DNA of 64,000 nt from an uncultured bacterium (GCA_947651225.1 CANSYK010000007.1:6784-70783); one strand, 5' to 3'; numbered from the stretch's first letter, positions 44,971-53,845 are shown. Made by a program: numbers and translations. The notes: generated by a model not told the origin, from the sequence alone.

Positions 44971-45402
44971 TTAAATTACATAATTATCTGCACCGGTTTC
45001 GTTTTCCATTAAATCAGCAAGTGTAATTCCCTCAAAATATTCTTCTGTTATTTTTTCCAGTCCCGCCCACATTTTCAGTGTTTCACACTCTGCAGCCCTT
45101 TCACAGCGATTGGGCTTTTTCTCTAAACAGGCAACAGGGGCAAAAGAGCCTTCCATTAATTTCAAAATACTTCCTATGGTATATTCTTCTGGTCTTTTTA
45201 CAAGCTTATAACCCCCTCCTTTTCCACGGAGAGATTTTAAAAAATCATTTTTGCTTAGCACTGCCACAATGGATTCCAAATATTTTTCAGAAATTCCCTG
45301 TCTTTTTGCAATATCCAGCAAAGGAATGTATTCCTCTGAGCTTTGCTTTGCCAGGTCTAACATCACCCTGACTGCATAACGTCCTTTCGTTGATATTTTC
45401 AT
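44971..45402 (-). CDS. Rrf2-family transcriptional regulator (CymR/IscR-like, three-Cys cluster motif)
   Basis: MKISTKGRYAVRVMLDLA HTH and C-x8-C-x5-C (CLEKKPNRCERAAEC). It lies 20 nt downstream of cysK. Confidence 0.85.
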   Translation of the reverse strand: MKISTKGRYAVRVMLDLAKQSSEEYIPLLDIAKRQGISEKYLESIVAVLSKNDFLKSLRGKGGGYKLVKRPEEYTIGSILKLMEGSFAPVACLEKKPNRCERAAECETLKMWAGLEKITEEYFEGITLADLMENETGADNYVI

Positions 45403-45422
45403 CCGTCTCCCTCATTCTTATG

Positions 45423-46358
45423 CTATGCATTAAACAATGCTGTTGACAAATACCTGTCTCCTGAATCTGGAAGCAGCACGACAATTGTCTTCCCCTTGTT
45501 CTCCGGCCTTTTTGCCAGAATTGACGCTGCTTTTAAAGCAGCCCCGGAAGAGATACCAACTAAGATTCCCTCACTGGTAGCGAATGCCCTTCCCTCTGCA
45601 AAAGCATCATCATTTTCTATAGTAATTACTTCATCATATATTTTTGTATTTAATACTTCTGGCACAAATCCAGCTCCAATTCCCTGAATTTTATGCGGGC
45701 CGCCAACTCCTTTTGACAATACCGGGCTTGCAGCAGGCTCCACTGCCACCACTTTAATATCTGGATTTTTAGACTTTAAGTATTCTCCTACACCAGTAAC
45801 CGTACCTCCCGTACCAACACCTGCCACAAAAATATCAACTGCTCCATCTGTCTGTTCCCAGATTTCTGGCCCAGTCGTGGTTTTATGGACTTCTGGATTT
45901 GCTGGATTTTCAAACTGTCCCAAAATAATAGCGCCTGGTGTAGACTTCTCTAACTCTTTTGCCTTTTCAATCGCACCTTTCATCCCCTTGGCGCCCTCTG
46001 TCAATACTAACTCCGCTCCATAAGCCTTTAATAAATTTCTTCTTTCCACGCTCATCGTATCTGGCAATGTGAGGACTGCCTTATACCCCTTTGCGGCAGC
46101 AACGGCTGCCAGGCCAATTCCGGTATTTCCTGATGTTGGCTCAATAATTGTTGCGCCTGGCTGCAAAGTTCCTTTTTTCTCTGCATCTTCAATCATCGCA
46201 AGGGCAATTCTGTCCTTTACAGATCCCGCCGGATTCAGATACTCTAACTTAGCCAAGAGAACGGCATCTGTCACACCCGCCTTTGGTGCATAATGGTTTA
46301 ATTTTAAAATCGGAGTTCCCCCGATTAACTCCGTTGCATTTTCCTTAATCTGACTCAT
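45423..46358 (-). CDS. cysK: Cysteine synthase A (O-acetylserine sulfhydrylase)
   Basis: [12 protein letters not shown]-lysine motif, TSGNTG and GTGGT. Confidence 0.9.
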   Translation of the reverse strand: MSQIKENATELIGGTPILKLNHYAPKAGVTDAVLLAKLEYLNPAGSVKDRIALAMIEDAEKKGTLQPGATIIEPTSGNTGIGLAAVAAAKGYKAVLTLPDTMSVERRNLLKAYGAELVLTEGAKGMKGAIEKAKELEKSTPGAIILGQFENPANPEVHKTTTGPEIWEQTDGAVDIFVAGVGTGGTVTGVGEYLKSKNPDIKVVAVEPAASPVLSKGVGGPHKIQGIGAGFVPEVLNTKIYDEVITIENDDAFAEGRAFATSEGILVGISSGAALKAASILAKRPENKGKTIVVLLPDSGDRYLSTALFNA

Positions 46359-46395
46359 TGTTCATCCTCCTTTATTTCAAGCAATCAACCTATTC

Positions 46396-46455
46396 CTATA
46401 AACCTATTTTATTTGTAGGTATATTGATTATAGAATTAATTCAAATATTTGTCAA
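46396..46455 (-). promoter_or_regulatory. cysK promoter (TTGACA-17 nt-TATAAT) plus AATAGGTTTATAGGAATAGG operator candidate in the leader
   Basis: -35 at 46450..46455, -10 at 46427..46432, motif at 46396..46408 (gene strand). Confidence 0.6.
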
Positions 46456-46555
46456 GATAAAAATACAGGATCTCTTTCGTCCCGTTACTATTCATGGCAC
46501 ACAATTTTTGTAAAATGTCTTATTTTGGCTAACTAATAGAACAGTGTAGACATAT

Positions 46556-46590
46556 AGAAAAAGCAGGATACCTTTTCAGATTTCCTGCTT
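46556..46590 (-). terminator. Hairpin terminator (minus strand) about 340 nt downstream of the AraC-family gene
   Basis: AAGCAGGA / TCCTGCTT stem, followed on the minus strand by TTTTT. Confidence 0.45.
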
Positions 46591-46686
46591 GGGTATACCA
46601 CTGGCGGGCGGCAAATTATTTAGTCTTTGATAGGCTGTCAGTTCGACAAACTGGATATTTCAAGTGTCTTAGAACCTGTAAATAAT

Positions 46687-46721
46687 TATAGTAAACGCAT
46701 AAAATACATGCGTTTACTATA
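46687..46721. repeat. REP-like hairpin, copy 2 (perfect 14-bp stem), inverted relative to copy 1
   Basis: TATAGTAAACGCAT-AAAATAC-ATGCGTTTACTATA. The loop is the reverse complement of the loop at 25145..25151. Confidence 0.7.
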
Positions 46722-46928
46722 AATTAAACAACTTGCTTGCCTGTTTTTTCGATTGCACCATCAAAAAGCCTCGCCGTAGCCCGCTACGTTGCTAAGCGCC
46801 AGTGGCGCTTGTTTAGCAAGGACCGAAGCGGAGCGTAGAACTACGTTTTTTTTCTTTGCACTCGGAAAAACATTCTTCGCAACTTGTTCCTTTAATTTAT
46901 TTACAGTTCCTTAACATTACAAATTTTT

Positions 46929-47663
46929 CTATTTCTTTCTTACCGGAATCCATAGTTCACAGAATAGGCCACTTCTTCCGTTTTCAAAATATATTTCATA
47001 GTCTGTTCCTGCTTCCGATTCATACCCCATTTGTGGCAAAAATTCCTTATAGAACTTTGACCAAGTATCACCGATGCAATCACCATCTTCACCAATACAA
47101 TCAAATACAACATAAGTTCCCGGTCTCAGATTGCGAATCGCTTCTACTAAATTTTTATCATGGCACTCTCCCCAAAAATCAGGAATATCATGATTTTCCT
47201 CATCATTAATGATTTCATTTCTAAAACTTCTTACTAATGCAATAAATTTCTGTTCCTTTGTTTGTACGATTCTGTAATCCATACTTTTACCACCTTCCAC
47301 AATTATTTTAATAACAAGTGGATTGAAAAGTAAGAGCTTCGCAGATTCTTCTCTCACAAATTTAGGTGCGATTCCATGAAACCTTGTAAATGCCTTTGTA
47401 AAACCCTCTGGTGTTTCATAACCATACTTTAGAGCAATGTCTGTTATTTTTGCATTTGTTTCTACAATTTCTCTCCCAGCTAATGACAGCCTGCGGTTGC
47501 GAATATAGGCATTGGCAGTCATCCCTGTAAGAAAACTAAATGCCCTATGAAACTCATAGCTTGAAGTGTGCACCTGCTTCGCTACATCTTCATAGTTGAT
47601 TTCCTCCATAATATGCTCTTCCATATAAGTAATTGCCTGTTGCATTGCTACTATCCACTCCAT
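46929..47663 (-). CDS. AraC-family regulator with a GyrI-like effector-binding domain
   Basis: N-terminal double HTH (YEDVAKQVHTSSYEFHRAF...ITDIALKYGYETPEGFTKAF). The C-terminal end of the GyrI-like fold is CELWIPV. Confidence 0.8.
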   Translation of the reverse strand: MEWIVAMQQAITYMEEHIMEEINYEDVAKQVHTSSYEFHRAFSFLTGMTANAYIRNRRLSLAGREIVETNAKITDIALKYGYETPEGFTKAFTRFHGIAPKFVREESAKLLLFNPLVIKIIVEGGKSMDYRIVQTKEQKFIALVRSFRNEIINDEENHDIPDFWGECHDKNLVEAIRNLRPGTYVVFDCIGEDGDCIGDTWSKFYKEFLPQMGYESEAGTDYEIYFENGRSGLFCELWIPVRKK

Positions 47664-47882
47664 ACTTTTTTCCTCCTGTTGAAGTCTATTGTAGAAGCAA
47701 TTTTAAATGATTACATTTCCTGGCTTGCGAAAAGTTGTCAGGTGAAAATTCCGATTGTCACTGGCTCCATTATACGTTATACCCTTGAAAAAGTATAGCC
47801 ATATTTCGAAAAACTTGCCGTATGGGAACGGCTTGCAACACCACACAAGCCCGAATAGGCGGGAATTTATGAAAGCAAGTAA

Positions 47883-48040
47883 TTATTTTCCCGGTTTGCA
47901 ATCTGTAAACCGACTAAAGAGCTTGACCGCCTGTTCCGTAAAATCTACGAGGATAATGTCAATGGAAAGCTGTATCAGGAAGCCTACACTGGCACAAAAA
48001 CTGAAGGCAGGAAAGAATTTAATAAGATGCTGTCTGCTGT
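47883..48040 (+). pseudogene. Serine recombinase remnant (two non-contiguous fragments fused)
   Basis: The frame reads ...KELDRLFRKIYEDNVNGKL (C-terminal coiled-coil type), joined directly to YQEAYTGTKTEGRKEFNKMLSAV (N-terminal resolvase-domain type). There is no start codon and no catalytic Ser region. Confidence 0.45.
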
Positions 48041-48108
48041 AAATGAAAGTTGCTGTTTTTTAGATACAATTCAACAAATGCTTCCTCTGATACAGGCGCT
48101 TTTTGTTG

Positions 48109-48393
48109 TCAACATGTGGTTGCTTCTTTTAAAATCTCATGTAATGCATTTCCGCTGCTTGTATGGCATCTTACAATATCCGTCTTTTTCCTGCTTGCCT
48201 CCATAACAGCGCAATGCGCCATTTTATGGGAGATTGTATTGGTAAACAGAATCAACAAATCCGGACTGCCAATCTGCTCTCCCATTCTTGCGCTCATCTG
48301 CGTAAAAACCTTTGCCTTACAATGATATTCTTTACAAATTTTTTTATACTGCTGTACCATACGGTCGTGGCCGCCTACAATCACTACACTCAT
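48109..48393 (-). CDS. DUF2325 domain protein
   Basis: 94 aa. VVIVGGHDRM...YK...DLLILFTNTISHKM...SSGNALHEIL matches the DUF2325 pattern. Confidence 0.7.
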   Translation of the reverse strand: MSVVIVGGHDRMVQQYKKICKEYHCKAKVFTQMSARMGEQIGSPDLLILFTNTISHKMAHCAVMEASRKKTDIVRCHTSSGNALHEILKEATTC

Positions 48394-48679
48394 ATTTCCC
48401 TCACTTCCAGGGCACCTCTAATAACCAGTCCTATTTTCAGCCTAAAACACTTCACCTGCTGAGCCATAAAACAAAGAAACAAAAATTAAAAAAATGCCCT
48501 ACTCTTAATACTATATTACAATTTGCTTATACAGACCACCATTAGGTTATACTAACCAGCATTAATAATACCTAATTTACATCAGACTGTCAATACATAA
48601 TCTGGCAAACTTTCTCCTTGACGAATACAGAAAAATAGGAAATACTATTTAAAAACCTATTAATATATGGAGGGCATGT

Positions 48680-50071
48680 ATGAAAATTACACATATTAAA
48701 ACACTATACCGACAAACAGAACAATACCTTAACAAAAAGATTACCGTCTGCGGCTGGATACGAAGCCTGCGTGACTCAAAAACTTTTGGCTTTATTTCTC
48801 TGCACGACGGAACTTTTTTTTCACCACTACAGGTGGTTTTTGATGATACTCTGCCAAACTTTCGTGAAATCTGCAAATTGAATATCAGTTCTGCCCTGAC
48901 CGTTACTGGAACTTTAGTAGCGACACCACAGGCAAAGCAGCCATTCGAAATACAAGCAGAAGCTATCTGCATTGAGGGAGAGTCCACCCCTGATTATCCA
49001 CTGCAAAAGAAACGTCACACTATGGAATATCTGCGGACAATCCCACATCTTCGCCCACGCACAAACACCTTTCAGGCAGTTTTTCGTGTTCGTTCCCTGA
49101 TTGCCTATGCAATTCACAAATTTTTTCAGGAACGGGATTTTGTCTATGTGCACACTCCGATTATTACTGGAAGTGACTGCGAAGGTGCCGGAGAAATGTT
49201 CCAGATTACTACAATGGATCTGGAACATCTGGCAAGAACACCAGACGGAGCCATTGACTATTCCCATGATTTTTTTGAAAAACCAGTCAGCCTTACGGTC
49301 AGCGGCCAGCTCAACGGGGAAGCCTATGCCATGGCATTTCAGAACATTTATACTTTTGGACCAACCTTCCGTGCGGAAAACTCCAATACGGCAAGGCATG
49401 CGGCAGAATTCTGGATGATTGAACCAGAAATCGCTTTTGCCGACTTACAAGATGATATGGATTTGGCAGAACAAATGCTAAAATTCATTATTTCTTATGT
49501 GATGGAAAACGCCCCAGAAGAACTTCAATTTTTTAATCAGTTTGTAGACAAAGGACTTTTAGAACGACTGAACCATGTCCTTCATTCTGAATTCGGACAT
49601 ATCACCTATACCGAAGCAATTGAACTATTAAAACCACACAACGATACATTCCAGTATAAAGCAGAATGGGGCTGTGATTTGCAGACAGAACATGAACGTT
49701 ATCTGACGGAACAGATTTTTAAAAAGCCAGTATTTGTAACAGACTATCCGAAAGAAATCAAGGCATTTTATATGAAACTGAATGAGGATAAAAAGACGGT
49801 TGCTGCCATGGACTGCCTTGTACCTGGCATAGGAGAAATCATTGGAGGAAGCCAGCGCGAAGACAATTACACTTTATTATTACAGCGAATCGAAGAAAAC
49901 AATATGAATCCTGAGGACTACGCTTTTTATACTGATTTAAGAAAATATGGTACCGCACAGCATGCCGGTTTTGGCCTTGGTTTTGAACGCTGCGTCATGT
50001 ATCTGACTGGCATTACGAATATACGTGATGTCCTGCCATTTCCACGTACTGTAGGAAACTGCCAGCTTTAG
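48680..50071 (+). CDS. asnS: Asparagine--tRNA ligase
   Basis: 463 aa. Class II motifs: [21 protein letters not shown] and GGSQRE...GFGLGFER. Confidence 0.9.
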   Translation: MKITHIKTLYRQTEQYLNKKITVCGWIRSLRDSKTFGFISLHDGTFFSPLQVVFDDTLPNFREICKLNISSALTVTGTLVATPQAKQPFEIQAEAICIEGESTPDYPLQKKRHTMEYLRTIPHLRPRTNTFQAVFRVRSLIAYAIHKFFQERDFVYVHTPIITGSDCEGAGEMFQITTMDLEHLARTPDGAIDYSHDFFEKPVSLTVSGQLNGEAYAMAFQNIYTFGPTFRAENSNTARHAAEFWMIEPEIAFADLQDDMDLAEQMLKFIISYVMENAPEELQFFNQFVDKGLLERLNHVLHSEFGHITYTEAIELLKPHNDTFQYKAEWGCDLQTEHERYLTEQIFKKPVFVTDYPKEIKAFYMKLNEDKKTVAAMDCLVPGIGEIIGGSQREDNYTLLLQRIEENNMNPEDYAFYTDLRKYGTAQHAGFGLGFERCVMYLTGITNIRDVLPFPRTVGNCQL

Positions 50072-50167
50072 AGCTGTTTGAAAAATCATTCCCACAATCT
50101 TCACCCAATGCTTTACGTTCTTATCAGGTGCGGCACAGCCTTTCCTAGAGCGTGTTTTGGAGCGGCA

Positions 50168-50845
50168 CTACTGCCGCTCCAAATAATAACCTGATTTATA
50201 AATCGACCGGATTGCATACTGTGTTTCCCTCATTTTATACCGTAGCTGCTTAACAACTGTATCAACTACCCGTCTGCATTTTGGCATTTGATTTTCCCAG
50301 GCAGCAGATAAAATATCTTCCCTGCTTAAAATTTTATCTTTACTATGTACAAAACAATGAAACACCAACATCTCTTTTGGTGTCAGCAGAATCTTTCTTG
50401 TTCCTATTTTTATCTGATGCGCAGGAACATTTTCATAGATGTCTGGATAATCTGTATTGGAATATTCAGAATCTTTCTTTTTGGAAAAACTGTTTTTTAG
50501 CCTTGCCGCAAAAATGCGTATATCCTTTCCTTTCATAATATAATCATCTGCACCGGCACAAAGAACAACAAGTTCACGTTCCTCCCGGCTGCAGTCGCTT
50601 AAGAACAGAACAGGAGCCCTGCTTTTTTTACAAAGTTCTGATAACTTCATTTCCCAATTTTGTTCCAAAAATTCTTCTATCAACTGTTCCAAAGAAAGTA
50701 CCACCGCACAATATTCCTCTTTTTGTACTTCCTCCAGCAACATTCCCCAGTGATCCACCTCCTGCATTGCAATCCCTTCTTTTGCAAGCTCTTTTTTTGC
50801 CCTTTCACACCATTCGATATCATCCTCCCATACCAATACGCTCAT
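50168..50845 (-). CDS. Atypical OmpR-type response regulator with a pseudo-receiver (phospho-acceptor Asp replaced by Ser)
   Basis: The EDD acidic pair, S/T (LFLSD) and Lys (ADDYIMKG) are retained. The D-site reads AVVLSLEQL. The C-terminal winged helix ends in ...RSIYKSGYYLE. Confidence 0.7.
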   Translation of the reverse strand: MSVLVWEDDIEWCERAKKELAKEGIAMQEVDHWGMLLEEVQKEEYCAVVLSLEQLIEEFLEQNWEMKLSELCKKSRAPVLFLSDCSREERELVVLCAGADDYIMKGKDIRIFAARLKNSFSKKKDSEYSNTDYPDIYENVPAHQIKIGTRKILLTPKEMLVFHCFVHSKDKILSREDILSAAWENQMPKCRRVVDTVVKQLRYKMRETQYAIRSIYKSGYYLERQ

Positions 50846-50865
50846 TACTTAGTGCTCCTCCCTTC

Positions 50866-51903
50866 TCACCAGACAGACAGCCCCATACTTTCAATCTGTG
50901 TTATCATCTCTTCTAAATTGTCTAACGGCAGAGCAAATCTTCCATTTTTCCTCTCATATACATTATAGCTTTCCATAACCGCCGCTTCTGCCAGATCCAC
51001 AACAACCACATCTGCCCCTGCCAAAAAAGCTTTGGTCCGCCCCTCTTTTAAAACACAATCTAAGGTAGGGCTGGCAATAATTTCTGCCTGTGGAAGCATT
51101 AACCGAAAAACCGCCATCAAATATAAAGCCATATCACCATTTCCACTGCGTTCCCGTTCAAACTCAGTATGCCGTGCCGGAACAAATGCCCCCACATCAA
51201 CAATGGACGCTTCAAAAGACTTCATAAACTGCATATCCTCCAAAACATTATCAATTGACTGGTATGGAATACCAACTAAAAAACCAGTCCCAGCTTTATA
51301 ACCAATCTCTTTTAACTGCCATAGACATTGTTTCCGCAAAAGAAGTGACATATTCGAAGGGAAAAGCCTGCGAAAGTGAATTTCATTCGCACTACCATGA
51401 CGCAGAATATAGCTGGAAACACCTGCATCAAACCAACTCTTGTATGCCTCTGCCGTCTTTTCCCCTAAAGACAGGATAATTCTGCTGTCGGGATATTCTT
51501 CCTGAATCGTCTTAACGATTTCTTCCACTCTCTGTTGTGTATAATAAGCGTCATCACCGCTTTCCAGCAAAAAACTTCTGACGCCCTTTCCTGCAAACTC
51601 CCGGCAGCATTCCATAATTAAACCCATTTCCATTCGATACCGTTTTGCAAATCGGTTGTCCCTCCGGATTCCGCACATTTTACAGTCATATTTACAAAAA
51701 CTGCTGATAGGAATTCTCCCCCAGACCTGTATCCGGTCTTTCTTTACCCGGCGGCGTATTTCACACGCCTTCTCGTATAAATATTCCGTTGTTTCGATAT
51801 TCCGAAATCTTAAAAATTCTGCAAATTCCTCCCGTTCCAGATTGCCAACTGCCATCAGCTTCTGGACAGAGCCTTCCATACATTTTCCCATAAAATCCCC
51901 CAC
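50866..51903 (-). CDS. HydE-like radical SAM protein (BioB/HydE subfamily)
   Basis: CKYDCKMCG (CxxxCxxC), RRDNRFAKRYRM, LESGDD, YILRHGSAN and LKEIGYKAGTGFLVGIP are collinear with HydE hallmarks. Confidence 0.65.
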   Translation of the reverse strand: MGDFMGKCMEGSVQKLMAVGNLEREEFAEFLRFRNIETTEYLYEKACEIRRRVKKDRIQVWGRIPISSFCKYDCKMCGIRRDNRFAKRYRMEMGLIMECCREFAGKGVRSFLLESGDDAYYTQQRVEEIVKTIQEEYPDSRIILSLGEKTAEAYKSWFDAGVSSYILRHGSANEIHFRRLFPSNMSLLLRKQCLWQLKEIGYKAGTGFLVGIPYQSIDNVLEDMQFMKSFEASIVDVGAFVPARHTEFERERSGNGDMALYLMAVFRLMLPQAEIIASPTLDCVLKEGRTKAFLAGADVVVVDLAEAAVMESYNVYERKNGRFALPLDNLEEMITQIESMGLSVW

Positions 51904-52034
51904 ATAGATCTATGTAAACTACCCATTGTCTAAAGCCAATGGATTTCCATGTTCCCATAAACCAAGTATAGCACAAGACGCCATTTTTGGCTACCTTAAC
52001 CCACCATCTACAGCGTTGGGGAATAAAAATATTA

Positions 52035-52063
52035 TTGTAGAGCGTCAAAAGATGTGTTATGAT
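52035..52063 (+). promoter_or_regulatory. Candidate promoter of the toxin mRNA (TTGTAG-17 nt-TATGAT)
   Basis: -35 at 52035..52040, -10 at 52058..52063. Confidence 0.4.
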
Positions 52064-52132
52064 GTCAATAGAGTAATCGTGTTATAAGGTGGTGAACCTC
52101 CCTAAACTTGAAAAAGAGGGGAGGTGGTGCAG

Positions 52133-52228
52133 ATGGATACATACCAGATTTTAAGCCTGTTATTTTTAGGTGGTAACTTCCTGATTGCGCTGCTTGCCTA
52201 TATAGATAGGAACAGCAAGCGAAAATAA
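52133..52228 (+). CDS. 31-aa Hol-Tox-like type I toxin (single TM, basic C-terminus): MDTYQILSLLFLGGNFLIALLAYIDRNSKRK
   Basis: It is below the ORF-track size cut-off. The SD GGGGAGG lies 8 nt upstream and is complementary to CCTCCC at 52097..52102. The sequence pattern matches 'putative holin-like toxin' peptides of Firmicutes. Confidence 0.65.
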   Translation: MDTYQILSLLFLGGNFLIALLAYIDRNSKRK

Positions 52229-52314
52229 ATAAGCCTACCTTGTACTTTGCCGAGTCAGGTAGGCTTTAGCCATTCTGGGAGGTAAACCACTTTGTGGGCG
52301 GTTGCTCCTTATAT
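52225..52314 (-). ncRNA. Candidate antitoxin sRNA convergent to the toxin gene
   Basis: Minus-strand promoter TTGCAA (52344..52349)-17 nt-TATATT (52321..52326). The transcript would contain GTGGTTTACCTCCC (complement of 52277..52290), a near copy of the toxin's own anti-SD element. It would end at the shared terminator. Confidence 0.35.
52231..52266. terminator. Bidirectional terminator shared by the toxin mRNA, the convergent sRNA candidate and the response regulator gene
   Basis: AAGCCTACCT / AGGTAGGCTT 10-bp stem. On the minus strand it is followed by ATTTATTTT. Confidence 0.6.
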
Positions 52315-52367
52315 GTTTACAATATAGCATATCTAAGCATTGATTGCAATAGTTTTCTGGCATCGCA

Positions 52368-52397
52368 TGGTAAACGCATGATTTTGATGGTTACTAT
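52368..52397. repeat. REP-like hairpin, copy 3 (degenerate)
   Basis: TGGTAAACGCATGATTTTGATGGTTACTAT aligns to TAGTAAACGCATGTATTTTATGCGTTTACTAT. Confidence 0.45.
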
Positions 52398-52411
52398 TGC
52401 GTAATTCTATG

Positions 52412-53101
52412 CTAGGAATCTTCCACATTCCACTTATATCCCATCCGGCGAACGGTTATAATTCTTTCAGGTTTTGCCGGATTGTCCTCAATCTTTGTGC
52501 GCAGTCTCCGTATATATACAGTCAATGTATTACTGTCCACATAATTTTCATTACAATCCCATAATTTATTTAAAATCTGTTCCGACGAAAGCACAATACC
52601 TGGATTTTCCATAAACAGGCACAAAAGCTTATATTCACTTGCCGTTAATTCCAAAGGCTCACCATTTTTATATACCAGATTTTTTAATAATTCCACCCGG
52701 ATTCCATTGGAGGAAAGTTCTGTATCTGACTGTCCAAAATTACTGCTCCGGCGAAGCAGGGCATTGATTCTGGAAAGCAGCACTGCTAACTTAAAAGGTT
52801 TTGTAATATAGTCGTCTCCCCCAATATCAAGCCCCATAATAATATCTGTCTCTTCATCTGCGGCCGTCAAAAAAATAATCGGCACCCTGGAAGAAGTACG
52901 CATTTTTCTGCACAGTTCAAACCCAGAACCATCTGGAAGCGATACATCAAGAATCACCAAATCATATTTTCCATCTGCCCAAAGCCTGTCTGCCTCCAGA
53001 CTGGTACGGGCAACCTCAATTCCATAGCCCTGTTTTTCTATGGCAAAGGATAATCCGGTAATTAAACTTAAATCATCCTCCACTAAAAAAATCTGTTTCA
53101 T
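52412..53101 (-). CDS. OmpR-family response regulator (canonical receiver), no kinase gene adjacent
   Basis: VEDD, DLVILDVSLPDGSG, GGDDYITKPF and a winged-helix C-terminus ending in RRMGYKW. Confidence 0.85.
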   Translation of the reverse strand: MKQIFLVEDDLSLITGLSFAIEKQGYGIEVARTSLEADRLWADGKYDLVILDVSLPDGSGFELCRKMRTSSRVPIIFLTAADEETDIIMGLDIGGDDYITKPFKLAVLLSRINALLRRSSNFGQSDTELSSNGIRVELLKNLVYKNGEPLELTASEYKLLCLFMENPGIVLSSEQILNKLWDCNENYVDSNTLTVYIRRLRTKIEDNPAKPERIITVRRMGYKWNVEDS

Positions 53102-53205
53102 TTACTTTTACCATCCTCTATTCCATTCTTTCACATTTTCTACACTACAATACAGTTTTAGGAACTGTAAACCATCTTACCCCAAAATGCGGAAAAAAGC
53201 CACCC

Positions 53206-53832
53206 CTATATAACAGGGGCAGCTTCCTTGACTTCAAACTGGTGCAAAATATTCCGTATCGAATTATACAAATCCGGTTTCAATTCATCAAGCTCTACCG
53301 GAACATGGTTTAAAATAACATTATAACAAGTCGCATTGACCAGTTCTACAATCATAAAAATCATCAACTCTTTCTGCCTGTATTTTTTATTTGATTCACT
53401 GAGAAGCGCATCAAATATATCCATACAGTTGCGGTTATCCAAATCCGCAATCTGCAGCTTGGAAAATACTCCCCAGCTCAGATTTTTAGAAATAAAGCGC
53501 AGCAGGTTTGGACTATCGTTTAACTGGTCAACTACCGTATCAATCAGATAAATAATACTATCTTCCACCGAATCCGGTTCTTTTTCTTGCAATACATAAT
53601 CCATCTGACGGCTGGCACGTTCAAACAACAAATTTGCCTGAGAAGCAATCAGGCTGTCCCTTACCTCGTATTTATCTTTAAAATACAGGTAAAAGGTCCC
53701 TTTTGCCAGCTTTGCTCCCTGAACTATCTCAGAAACAGATGTGTTGTCAATTCCTTTTACCGCAAAGAGCTGATATGCCGCACTTAACAGAGCTGCCTTT
53801 TTCTGTTTCTTTTTATCATCTATCTTACCCAA
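53206..53832 (-). CDS. TetR/AcrR-family transcriptional regulator
   Basis: N-terminal HTH: LLSAAYQLFAVKGIDNTSVSEIVQGAKLAKGTFYLYFKDK. Confidence 0.85.
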   Translation of the reverse strand: MGKIDDKKKQKKAALLSAAYQLFAVKGIDNTSVSEIVQGAKLAKGTFYLYFKDKYEVRDSLIASQANLLFERASRQMDYVLQEKEPDSVEDSIIYLIDTVVDQLNDSPNLLRFISKNLSWGVFSKLQIADLDNRNCMDIFDALLSESNKKYRQKELMIFMIVELVNATCYNVILNHVPVELDELKPDLYNSIRNILHQFEVKEAAPVI

Positions 53833-53845
53833 ACATACCGCCCCT

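Noticed and set aside
48394-48679. T-box leader upstream of asnS
   Set aside because: There is no T-box sequence (AANNNGGTGGNACCGCG-like), no specifier-loop architecture and no terminator. The region is simply AT-rich with a weak promoter candidate.
50140-50185. Hairpin TTGGAGCGGCA-CTAC-TGCCGCTCCAA as the asnS terminator
   Set aside because: Its 3' arm lies inside the coding end of the convergent regulator gene, and neither strand has a convincing U-tract. It may still slow transcription, but I cannot call it a terminator.
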